From Octopus sinensis (lineage: Eukaryota), in assembly GCF_006345805.1 (NCBI RefSeq), contig NC_042998.1, positions 124,558,001 through 124,622,000 of the forward strand: a stretch of DNA of 64,000 nt, written 5' to 3'. The translations under genes were made by a program, and so were the position numbers. Positions 53,129 to 64,000 of the stretch are shown in pieces; position 1 is the stretch's first letter, and each line of letters opens with the position of its first letter. The notes under the pieces were generated by a model. The model was not told the origin of the DNA. It saw only the letters and a list, made by a program, of their open reading frames with translations, and made no database searches.

Positions 53129-54176
53129 AGTTGTTACAATCATCTGAAATGGAACTGTCAAAGCGCGATATTCAAGCAATTTTGTTACTCAACGTCAAAA
53201 AAGGACGTAAAGCAACTGAAACTGCTCTCGATATCAACGAAAGATTTTGCGAGGAAATGACCAGTGCGTGATCAGCTCGAAAAGGGTTTAAACGATTTCG
53301 CAGTGGAGACCGGAGCCTTCAAGTTGGTGAGCGTAGTGGACGCACATCTTTCATCAATGACGGTCAATTAAAGAACGTCATTTTGAAAGATCCACATAAA
53401 ACCACTCGAGAACTAGCAAAAGAACTTCAAGTTAGCCAGAAAACTGCCTGCAATTATTTGCATGCGATCGGAAAATCAAAGAAGCTTGACAAATGGGTAC
53501 CACACGATTTGAATGAAAATCAGAAAATGTGAAATTTGCTCATTGCTTCTTCTCCGTAACCAGACCGATCAATTTCTCGACCGTATGGTGACTTACGATG
53601 AAAAGTGGATTCTGTACAATAATAAAAAACGTTGACTAAAATAAAGCACCATAAACCTTCCCTCAACTCGATCTCTTCAAAAAGAAGGTTATGGTGACTG
53701 TTTGGTGGTGTACTACTGGACTCATCCACTATAACTTCTCAAAACCTGGAAAAACCATTCCTGCAGACACATATTGCCATGAAATTGCCAAAATGAACGA
53801 AAAGCTGCTACTCACCGTCCCAGACTGGTCAACAAAAGAGGGTCAATCACTTTTCATGACAATGCTCGACCACACGCTTCACTAATGATGCTCCAGAAGT
53901 TGAGGGGACTTGACTACGAAGTTCTTCCTCACCCAGCTTGTTCTCCAGACTACCACTATTTCAAGCACCAAAAACCAAAACCGATGCTGAAATTGCGTTC
54001 AAAGAGTTCATGAGCTCCAGAACAGTTTTTCTGTTACTGGAATAAACAAACTTGTACTCGTTGGCAAAAATGTGTTGATTGTAATGGTACTTAGTTTGAT
54101 GAATAAAATTTCCGCATTGTTGAAATATATTGTGATGAGTTTCATGTTTCAAAACGTTACTTTTACTCAGCCTGAA

Positions 54177-54203
54177 ATGTGTGCGAGTGTGTGTGTGTGT
54201 ATG

Positions 54204-54288
<85 letters not shown>
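54177..54288. repeat. (GT)n microsatellite
   Basis: Direct reading. Confidence 0.97.
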
Positions 54289-54290
<2 letters not shown>

Positions 54291-54583
54291 ATATATAGAA
54301 GAAGTAATTAGACACCTTTAATTTTCAAAATTTCTTCTCTAAGCGTCTTAATATGTCTTCAGCGGTGTAGAATTTACAATGTAATTATTCTTTTTCATTC
54401 CGGTGCAATTTTATTAAACATTGCATATATATATATATATATATATCATCAGATTTAGGATTAAATCCAATTTTATAGTAAAATATTATAACATATTATT
54501 AGAGACAAAACCACTATTTTGCAAAACAAACAAGGAAAGACTTAATCAATACATAAAATTTTAATAAATAGTAAAAAAAACCG

Positions 54584-54626
54584 CCACTACAATTGTTTCT
54601 TGTCTTGATCGACAATCTTCAGGTGG
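54584..54626 (-). ncRNA. Minimal type I hammerhead (left arm)
   Basis: Minus strand: ccac CTGAAGA ttgtc-gatcaa-gacaa GAAAC aatt GTA gtgg. Perfect palindromic stem III ACAATTGT. Confidence 0.87.
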
Positions 54627-56939
54627 ACTTCCAATCTAAAATATCAATATTTTAAAATATAAAAATAATAATTTTAAAATAATTAAAGTATGAATGAAAA
54701 AATATAAATATATAATCCATATATAACCTATATATAATCCATATATAATCAATATATAAACAATATATAAACTAAAATAAACCTATCAACAATTAAATAT
54801 AAAATATAAAATATAAAACAAAACAAAAAAATAATAATAATATAATAATAAACTATATATACACCCATACACATATACCTAATTATATATAACCATATCT
54901 AACTACATACACTAAATCACACACCTATATATATATCCCTATACATACACATAAAAACGTCTAGGCAACTATAAATAAATAAAATAAACACAATACTTAT
55001 TCATACTCCCACACACACACACACATACAACCCACATTCACGCTCTAGAAAACGGACATCACTTAAAATTATGAACGGAGAAATGGAATAAATGGAATTA
55101 AAAATTATATTCACTTGGTAAAACGAACACTACTTAAAAATTATGAATGAAACAATGCAATAAAACAATAGACATCGCAAATAGACACAAATTACTACGA
55201 ATTCCTTAACAAACCTACCATGATAAACCAAAACTCATAAAAACATATAATGATAAAATCTCCCTTTACTAAACTCTATAACATACCTATATAGCAATCC
55301 CCCTAACCTAAACATTCACACACAAATACACACACGTAAACCACACACCCACGACATATACAAATACCCACACCACTTACACATACCTATGCATACATAT
55401 AAACCTCAACATATACTCCAAAAACCCACTCAACCCCACACAGACAAATAAACACAAAAATTATGAATGGATTCTTTTATAAAACTACCATGATAAGCTA
55501 AAACTCACAAAACATAAATGATAAAACCTCCCTTTACTAAACACTATAACATACTTATATAGCAATCCCTTTAACCTATACATTCACACACAAATACACA
55601 CACGTAAACCACACACCCATAACAAATACAAACACCCACCCCACTCACATACACACTAGAATAATACATAACTAACCCAAATATACAGAACATACCAAAA
55701 ATCAGCAACAAACCACCATCACAAATGAAACCCACACCCATACAATGACAAAACTCCCCCCTCCATACCCAATTTACACCCACATAGCAATCCCAATATA
55801 TTCATCCATACATGGACGCACGTGCGTGAAGCACATGCGCACAATAAATACGTACAACCCCCCAATACACACTCATATACATACGTATCAAGCTCGACAT
55901 CCACAGCAATACGCTTACACCCACTCGCACCCAGATGGGTGAATTGCACAACCAGGGAACGCACACACATTGCTATATAAGTATGTTATAGTGTTTAGTA
56001 AAGGGAGGTTTTATCATTTATGTTTTGTGAGTTTTAGCTTATCATGGTAGTTTTATAAAAGAATCCATTCATAATTTTTGTGTTTATTTGTCTGTGTGGG
56101 GTTGAGTGGGTTTTTGGAGTATATGTTGAGGTTTATATGTATGCATAGGTATGTGTAAGTGGTGTGGGTATTTGTATATGTCGTGGGTGTGTGGTTTACG
56201 TGTGTGTATTTGTGTGTGAATGTTTAGGTTAGGGGGATTGCTATATAGGTATGTTATAGAGTTTAGTAAAGGGAGATTTTATCATTATATGTTTTTATGA
56301 GTTTTGGTTTATCATGGTAGGTTTTGTTAAGATTCGTAGTAATTTGTGTCTATTTGCGATGTCTGTTTTTTATTGCATTGTTTCATTCATAATTTTTAAG
56401 TAGTGTTCGTTTTAACCAAGTGAATATAATTTTTAATTCCATTTATTCCATTTCTCCGTTCATAATTTTAAGTGATGTCCGTTTTCTAGAGCGTGAATGT
56501 GGTTTGTTGATGTGTGTGTGTGTGGGAGTATGAATAAGTATTGTGTTGAAGTATTTAGCTATTTTATTTATTTATAGTTGCCTAGACGTTTTTATGTGTA
56601 TGTATAGGGATATATATATAGGTGTGTGATTTAGTGTATGTAGTTAGATATGGTTATATATATTAGGTATATGTGTATGGGTGTATATATAGTTTATTAT
56701 TATATTATTATTATTTTTTTGTTTTGTTTTATATTTTATATTTTATATTTTATATTTTTATTTTATATTTAATTGTTGATAGGTTTATTTTAGTTTATAT
56801 ATTGTTTATATATTGATTATATATGGATTACATATAGGATTATATATGGATTATATATTTATATATTTTTTCATTCATACTTTATTATTTAAAATTATTA
56901 TTTTTATATTTTAAAATATTGATATTTTAGATTGGACGT

Positions 56940-56982
56940 CCACCTGAAGATTGTCGATCAAGACAAGAAACCATTGTAGTGG
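56940..56982 (+). ncRNA. Minimal type I hammerhead (right arm)
   Basis: ccac CTGAAGA ttgtc-gatcaa-gacaa GAAAC catt GTA gtgg. One change in the stem III palindrome; predicted cleavage after 56978. Confidence 0.85.
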
Positions 56983-57075
56983 CGGTTTTTTTGACTATTT
57001 ATTAAAATTTTATGTATTGATTAAGTCTTTCCTTGTTTGTTTTGCAAAATAGTGGTTTTGTCTCTAATAATATTT

Positions 57076-57156
<81 letters not shown>

Positions 57157-57160
57157 CACA

Positions 57161-57203
<43 letters not shown>

Positions 57204-57368
57204 GTGTGTGTGTGTGTGTGTATACATATATATATATACGCACACGCGCCCAAACAGCAAACATACACTCATATATACATACATATAGATAGATAGATAG
57301 ACAAATAGATAGATAGATAGACAGATAGATAGATAGATAGATAGATATATAGATAGATAGATGATAGA

Positions 57369-57667
57369 TTAAAGACTCCGCCGGTTACGACGAGATAGAG
57401 AGATCCAGCTGATACGATAACGGAACAGCTAGCTCGATAGAATTAGATAGAATGGCTGAGATAGATAGTGTACCTTAACGTAGTTCTCGGGGAAAATCAG
57501 CGTGACACATAGATGACAAGGCTGACCTAATACAAGAATATTTAGATAGAGCTGAGTGGACTAGAACGTGAAATAAAGTGTCTTGATAGACACATAGCGC
57601 GTCGCCGGGAATCGAACTCACAACTAGATCATGAGCCGAATGCCTAACCATAATAGACGCGCCCTCA
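57369..57667 (-). mobile_element. SINE within (GATA)n, peppered with ATAGA/TAGAT patches
   Basis: Recognisable SINE blocks aacgtgaaataaagtgtcttg and ccgggaatcgaactcac...gagccgaatgcctaacca alternate with gata-derived patches. Confidence 0.75.
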
Positions 57668-59474
57668 GATGATAGATAGAAATATAAATATGCATGTGAT
57701 GTTTTTTGTGTGTGTCAACGTCTTTGTTACGTTCTATTTTTGTTCATATCAATCTTCCACTGTGTTAGATTTCTTAATAACATTCTCCTACTAGAAATAT
57801 TTGTCCGATATCTGTTACATAGATACAAGAACACAGAATTACATCTACATAAGATTGAACATTACACTGCCCAAATTTATATATTATTTGTTTCTAAGTA
57901 TAAAATTCCTATATTCTAGGATATTTGAATATTGGAATTTGGGCATTTAATGCATTGTCAAAGAATGTAGTTTACACTTAAGCGAAACTTAACTGTTTAT
58001 CTACGTCAGTGTTTTTCTCTCCAGAAGATTAGCAGATTCTTGGTTTTTGACTATGGAAAAAGCTAAATGAGGAATTGCATATGGTGCCTCCCAGAGGATA
58101 TTAATTGCGTAAGCTTCAGCCGAGTATTGAACTGTAACTTAGTGTTCACTTATCGTTGTCTGACTTTTGTTCACCCTTTGTCTTGCGTTTCTCCATCTCT
58201 TCTTTTCTCTCGCTTCTCTTTCTCTCTGTTTTGTGTCTCGCATCTCTACCGCGCTTTTTCTATCCTTCTCTTCTGCTCTTTATTCTATCACCAGCCTGCT
58301 TTGTCTTTTTCTCTTCTTCCCTCTCTGTCTTTTTCTTCCCCATTTTCTCTCCAGCACTTATTAAACAGACCTTAAATATTATTGAACAGCATCCAACTTC
58401 TTCCCTTTTGCAAAATTCCTTGTAACACTATACTGACAGGAGGATTGAATTAATAGTATTTGAATGGTCTTTTAAATAGATCCAGAAAAAAGGAAAATCT
58501 TCTCCCGAAGAACAATTCTACTTAAAATGTGTATTTAGATGTGTAAATAAATCCCAAAATAATTTTCATTTCCTAGTTTCAGCTACAAAATTAATTGGCA
58601 AACTCTTCCTTGGAGTTTTCTCAAAAATGACTAAGGTAGAAAAGAAAGAAGTTAAAGAAGAATCACATTTTATTTTACTTTACCATTCAATGATTGATCG
58701 ACTTCAAGATCCGTTTCGTTTCATAAGGATTTAAATTTTGCAAAATGAATTAAAAAAGTATTCCTTATGTCTTAACGCCGAGTCCAGCTGTATTCTCCGA
58801 TGTGAAGACAACAGAACTAGAAATGAAAATATAAATTAGGATGAAATATAAAAATCAATTTGATAACTTTTCACTGTGGTGGGGTTGACATCAAAATTAG
58901 CTGATTAAAAGAAAACTGGAGGAAAAACAGAAAAATAATTACAGTTTTAAGTAATTTTTCAAAGCCTTCAATGAAAATCGATAATTGTCCTTTATATTCT
59001 TTCTGTAATATATCAAACACATTAGATTAAATTCAAAGAAAGGCGACGTCACTTCTGAGCCTCCATATCAAAGATAAATATATTGTTCCATGGAAAGCAG
59101 TGACAGGTAAAGAACGAACTGTAAATGGATTGTTGCCTTGCGCACTATGATATATACAGATAAATGCGTGCACGTTATGTGAATTTGCGTATATTTCTTC
59201 TATCGCCTTTATGTCAGAACCTGGTTAATTATAACTGAATTATTTTCAGTTTACAGGGAAATTCAATGCAATAATATATCTTTCTCTGGAAAAGTAATCA
59301 CATAGATACTGAAGCAAATAATTATACTTGCAACAACGTAGTGTTAGTAGTAAAAATGCATATATGTTAGTGTGAATATTCTAACATACATAACTTCCAC
59401 ACAAGCATACATATATGTACACGCACACACACTCACACACACGCATGCATACATACATACATACATACATATAC

Positions 59475-59558
<84 letters not shown>

Positions 59559-59574
59559 TATACAAACATATGTA

Positions 59575-59813
<239 letters not shown>

Positions 59814-60849
59814 GCGTTTATCTTTGTATTTGTGTTTGTATGTTTTCCGCTACCAGCTTTTGCTACTAATGAAAATTTTCTGCACTTTCTCCTTTTTGCG
59901 TTATATATTATTTGCTGACCTTCATTTGAGCTTTGCCACTCCATCATTTTATTCTTTTCATTTTGCCAGCCTTCTTATGATATTTCACTTTTCTTCAATG
60001 TTTGGGTTGATGTCTCCTACCACAGCTGTTATGAACTTTTGCTTGCCTTCATTTCCTAAAACCTGTACGTCACTCGATCTCTGTGCAGCCAATATTGTTT
60101 TCTTTCCTTTCAAATTTCAATCGCTTTTGTTGTATTTTTATTCTATAAATATCTGTTTGCTACTTGCACTAAATCCTTAATTATTTATTTCCTCTCGTTT
60201 TTATTTTTTTCCTATCTCGATTTTAATTCTGATCAGCGCTAACCTCCATCTTACATCTCCATTTTTTTTTCTTGGATTTACTGATAATTTTGGATTCTCT
60301 TCAATTTTTATTTTTGTTTTTATCAGATTCTTTACTTCAGTTCCAGCTCTGAACATTTACTACATTTTGCACTCATTTTTTTCTTCCTGTCACTTTCACT
60401 TCTTTTTCTTTGCTTCCCTTTTCTTATCGTTTCTCTCATCAATAAATTATTTCATTTCTTTTCTCCCTAATCTTCCTCCCTAATACTTACCCTTATAAAT
60501 AAGCACAATCCCTTCAAAGAAGCTCTGCTCCAAACGTTTGATATATCCAGCGGTATACTAATATATATAAAAAAAAAGCTGTGTTATTTTCGTCTGGCAA
60601 AAGTTGTGAATGTGTTGCTGGTTTTATTGCATTTCCGCAGCCTATGTTCATTATTACTACTATTTCTATCACAACGTCATTATTTTTCACTGAGCGTGTT
60701 TCTTTGGTGCGTTAAACTGCGTTATTTTTCGATATATATATATATCTATATATATTTTTTTCAAATTGAATCCGAGTTCATATTTTTCATATCTATTCTT
60801 AGTGTATTTTTATATACTTTATTATTACTTATGGTTATTAATCATAAAT

Positions 60850-61031
60850 GCGTTAGCACGCCGGGCAAAATGCTTAGCGTTCTGAGTTCAAATTCCGCCG
60901 AGCTTGACTTTGCCTTTCATCTTTTCGGGGTCGATACAATAAGTACCAGTGGAACCCTGGGGTCAATGTAGTAGACTAGTTCCCTCCCACCAAATTTGAG
61001 GCCTTCTGCCTCCAGTAGAAAGGATTATTAT
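60850..61031 (+). mobile_element. SINE with tail type B and an internal deletion
   Basis: gttagcacgccgggcaaaatgcttagc...ctgagttcaaattccgccgag...gtagaaaggattatta. Confidence 0.85.
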
Positions 61032-61345
61032 AATTATTTTCATATGCACTCAGCAGATTAGACTGTTAGAAAAGAAAAGTATCTTAACATCAGGCTACAG
61101 CATGTAGCCTTAGTTGCCAAGAATCCTCCTATTGGGTTACAGCAAGTAACCTTAGATGCCAAGAACTCCTCCCAAGTATTCTAACTGTCTCTCATAACAC
61201 TGTTTTCCGGAGCTGTACTAAAATGCGTGTTAAGCCTATTTCCTCTATCCATCTGTTCAGATATTTAGAGATTGTCCCCAATGCACCTATAACTAATGGG
61301 ATACATTTTACCCCACTTTCCATTATCGCTGTAATTCAATAGCTA
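61032..61345 (-). mobile_element. 5'-truncated R4/Dong-type LINE 3' end
   Basis: The minus strand reads ...KCIPLVIGALGTISKYLNRWIEEIGLTRILVQLRKTVL..., the C-terminus of an RLE domain; (TAA)n-type repeats on both sides. Confidence 0.7.
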
Positions 61346-61347
61346 TT

Positions 61348-61390
<43 letters not shown>

Positions 61391-61391
61391 C

Positions 61392-61473
<82 letters not shown>

Positions 61474-61490
61474 TTTATTTTTATTATTAA
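61344..61490. repeat. (ATC)n/(ATT)n microsatellite
   Basis: Direct reading. Confidence 0.97.
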
Positions 61491-61712
61491 AGCGGTGAGC
61501 TGGCAGAATCGTTAGCACGCCGTGCAAAATTGTTAGCAGCATTCCGTCCGCCTTTGCGTTCTGAGTTCAAATTCCACCGAGGCCGACTTTCCCTTTCCTC
61601 CTTTCGGGGTCGATAAATTGAGTACTAGTGAAACACAGGGGTCGATGTGATCGACTAGTCCCCACCCCAAAAGATTCCTGCCTTGTGCCTTTAGTAGAAA
61701 GGATTATTATTA
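61491..61712 (+). mobile_element. Full-length SINE with tail type B
   Basis: gcggtgagctggcagaatcgttagcacgccg...ctgagttcaaattccaccgagg...gtagaaaggattattattatt. Confidence 0.88.
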
Positions 61713-62039
61713 TTGAGTGAAAGAGCAGTTCATGCCATCAAAGTGACAATGGGGTAAAATATACGAAGCCCAATATACCCATCATGACTACCCGTCTGAT
61801 AAGGGTACACCAGGCACATGCATCACAACCATATGTGCGTGACATGGTGATCTCATATCAAGATAAACAGCACATGACCTTGCAGGTGGGGCCCAGTTAG
61901 AAATTTCTTCAGGTTGAGTAGCTCATCCCGCTCAAAAGGTCCATGCATTGTCCATGCATTCTTTTCTTTACCCACCTATTTTCAGTTTCATTCGTTTTCA
62001 ATTTCTTGTACAGTGCTTTTACTCGTTACTCTTTCCTCG

Positions 62040-62660
62040 TTACTGAATGCAAGAATAATTTAGGTGTGAATATTCTATTTGCCTATCTGCTTGAAGTTTC
62101 CTATCCCAAAGTACATTACATGGTCATTTTCAAGGGCGCTTTATGGGCAAACCATTTTCCCGTGTCTTCAATCCATGTCTTACAGGTTTGCCAATGTGTG
62201 ATTATAGTAACCTTGTGATGCCGCCAATTACTTTAATCCACATATTTATTATCACTATTGTTGTAAAGACGGCTAGCCGACAGAGTCTTTAGCACGTCGG
62301 GCAAAATGTTTTGTGGCATTTTGTCCGTCTCCAGGTTCTGAGTTCAAATTTTGCCAAAGTGGATCTTCATCATTTCCTGATTGAGGGTACTGCTCTTGAA
62401 TTTATTGGTTCAATAAGATTTTTGGAATTCAGCTTTGACTGCAATAATTTACTTACTCTCCTTGTGTACTCGCTACTGATAATTTGTTTCATTTCTTCGT
62501 TTTTTTTTAATTTCGTCTGCTTCCAGTATTCCCATATACTTATACCACTGTCCTTTTTCAACCACTTTCATTGCTTGCCCATTTGGTATTTCAATTCCCT
62601 GGCTTCTTTCAAATCTTCCACGTTTCATTCTTCATATAGCGCACATTTCTAACCCAAATT
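62040..62660 (-). pseudogene. Rearranged fragments of R4/Dong-type RT and RLE domains, with a partial SINE at about 62268-62365
   Basis: The minus strand gives MKRGRFERSQGIEIPNGQAMKVVEKGQWYKYMGILEA and KEYTRRVSKLLQSKLNSKNLIEPINSRAVP (RT C-terminus) and ALENDHV (RLE region). Confidence 0.7.
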
Positions 62661-62696
62661 CTATACCTACGTCATTTTAGAAAATGTCATGAAGAT

Positions 62697-63889
62697 GATT
62701 ATTATTCTGTTTGACTTTTGCTTTATATTTGTATAAGTTGGCTCCAAGTCTCACCCAGAGACCTCAAGAGACAACAGGTTGGAAAGTTCACGTTGTTCTT
62801 ATGCCTAGCGTGCCATATATTTGGGGGTTTTTGGTGTTGTACTAGTGAATGTCTAATAAAAAAAATAAAAAAATAAAATTGTTTGTTTTAAACCTTGAGA
62901 TTACATAGAAAGTATTTTGCGTAGGATATGAGCAGTTCCCAAGAGCACTATCTTTTGAATTTCTGCCATTTTGGGGTTACCTGGTATCTGAGTTAGGTAG
63001 CAATCAGCCCCTTTCGCTATCATTCCCAGGGCACCTATGACAACAGGTATTGTTTTAGTCTTCAGGTTCCACATTTTGCTGATTTCTATTTCAAGATCTT
63101 TATATTTGCTCAGTTTTTTGTAGGTCTTGACAGATACGTTTATATCGATTGGGGCAGTCATATCAATGAGGAGGCATGTTCTTTGTCTGAAGTCTTTCAA
63201 TATGAATTCTGGCCTATTTACATCTATCTTTCTGCCTGTTTGAATGGTGAAGTTCCAGAGGAGTGAGATGTGGTCGTTTTCAAGCACTGGAGGTGGTTTG
63301 TGTTCCCACCAGTTTTTAACATGGGCAAATCCAGATTTTAGCAAATTAGCCAGTGAATATATTGTGCAGCTCTATCATGCATGTTGAGATACTCTGTAGG
63401 CGATAGAAGACTGCACTTGGAGACAACATGATCAATGGTTTCATTTTGTTGTTGACATACACGACATGTTGGGCTACTGACGTTCTTTAATATGTTGGCC
63501 TGGTAGTTTCTTGTTGGTAATCATTGATCTTGAGCTGCTATGATAAACCCCTCTGTTTCAGATTTTAAGCCAGAGGCCATTAGTCATTGATGGGTCAGGG
63601 TTTTGTCAACATCTGCATTGTTCGCTCTCTTTGGGTATTTGCCATAGAGAGGTTTTTCTTGCCATTTATCTTTCAGAATATCTAAGGTCGCAGTTTTAGC
63701 ACGGGTTTTCATGCGCTTAGCGTTTTTTGTGCTTGTTTCTTGTATGTCTATCTCTAATTGCGAAATTTGTTGTATTCGGAATTCACTTAGATATTCCTTT
63801 GCCTGTTTTGTTACTGAGTATGATGCTTTCTTGTTTTCATGTTTTGAGACAAGTTTTAACATGCAGTCCTCAGACTTTTTCAGATAGGT
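62697..63889 (-). mobile_element. 5'-truncated R4/Dong-clade non-LTR retrotransposon (CCHC + restriction-like endonuclease)
   Basis: WQEKPLYGKYP, ETEGFIIAAQDQ, CRVCQQQNETIDHVVSKC (zinc knuckle), WWEHKPPPVLENDHISLLWNFTIQT...NRPE...LLIDMTAP...KLSKYKDL...IPVVIGALG...IQKIVLLGTAHILRKIL. (TAA)n-type repeats at both ends. Confidence 0.9.
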
Positions 63890-63911
63890 GATTATTATTA
63901 TTATTATTATT

Positions 63912-63959
<48 letters not shown>

Positions 63960-63993
63960 GCTGTTGTTGTTGTTGTTATCATTATTATTATTA
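63890..63993. repeat. (ATT)n/(GTT)n microsatellite
   Basis: Direct reading. Confidence 0.97.
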
Positions 63994-64000
63994 GGGAGGC

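Larger units (their letters stand above)
48245..54175 (+). mobile_element. Mariner element (about 1.2 kb when rejoined) split by a LINE insertion
   Basis: TIRs tcaggttgagtaaaatgtaagcaatgttt (48245) and aaaacgttacttttactcagcctga (ends 54175). Transposase from ATG 53149: MELSKRDIQAILL...FKRFRSGD...LDKWVPHDL...VTYDEKWILY...KVMVTVWW...HDNARPH...HPACSPD. Confidence 0.9.
54493..57073. repeat. Large inverted repeat: arms of about 1.07-1.1 kb (54493-55566 and 55969-57073) and a 402-bp spacer
   Basis: The arms are reverse complements with scattered substitutions and small indels. The left arm is A/C-rich and the right arm T/G-rich. Confidence 0.96.

Noticed and set aside
59830-60500. Possible LINE ORF1 remnant on the minus strand (FITAVVGDINPNIEE)
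   Set aside because: A single short similarity in purine-rich decayed sequence; not enough support.

Overview
AT-rich, microsatellite-dense eukaryotic DNA with no recognisable host gene. The repeat landscape (tRNA-derived SINEs, mariners, Penelope-like elements, (GATA)n/(TA)n/(TAA)n tracts) suggests a mollusc, probably an octopus; this is inference. Most ORFs in the supplied track are microsatellite artefacts. Supportable content: five decayed mariner (DD34D) elements or fragments, one split by a near full-length L1/Tx1-type LINE with a 10-bp TSD; a near full-length Penelope-like element (RT + GIY-YIG) and two Penelope fragments; R4/Dong-type RLE LINE fragments sitting in (TAA)n; RTE remnants; about a dozen SINE copies; and a non-autonomous Helitron/Helentron-like element. 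The most striking signal is RNA-structural. Three unrelated fold-back structures (3872-4526, about 15953-16849 and 54493-57073) each carry a minimal type I hammerhead ribozyme on both arms, facing outward. The second contains a 365-nt, highly self-complementary, retrozyme-like monomer whose hammerhead has a compensatory U3-A8 core. Further hammerhead candidates with non-canonical cores occur at about 15378, 25832, 32021 and 35675. All structures were read by eye; none was folded or searched computationally.
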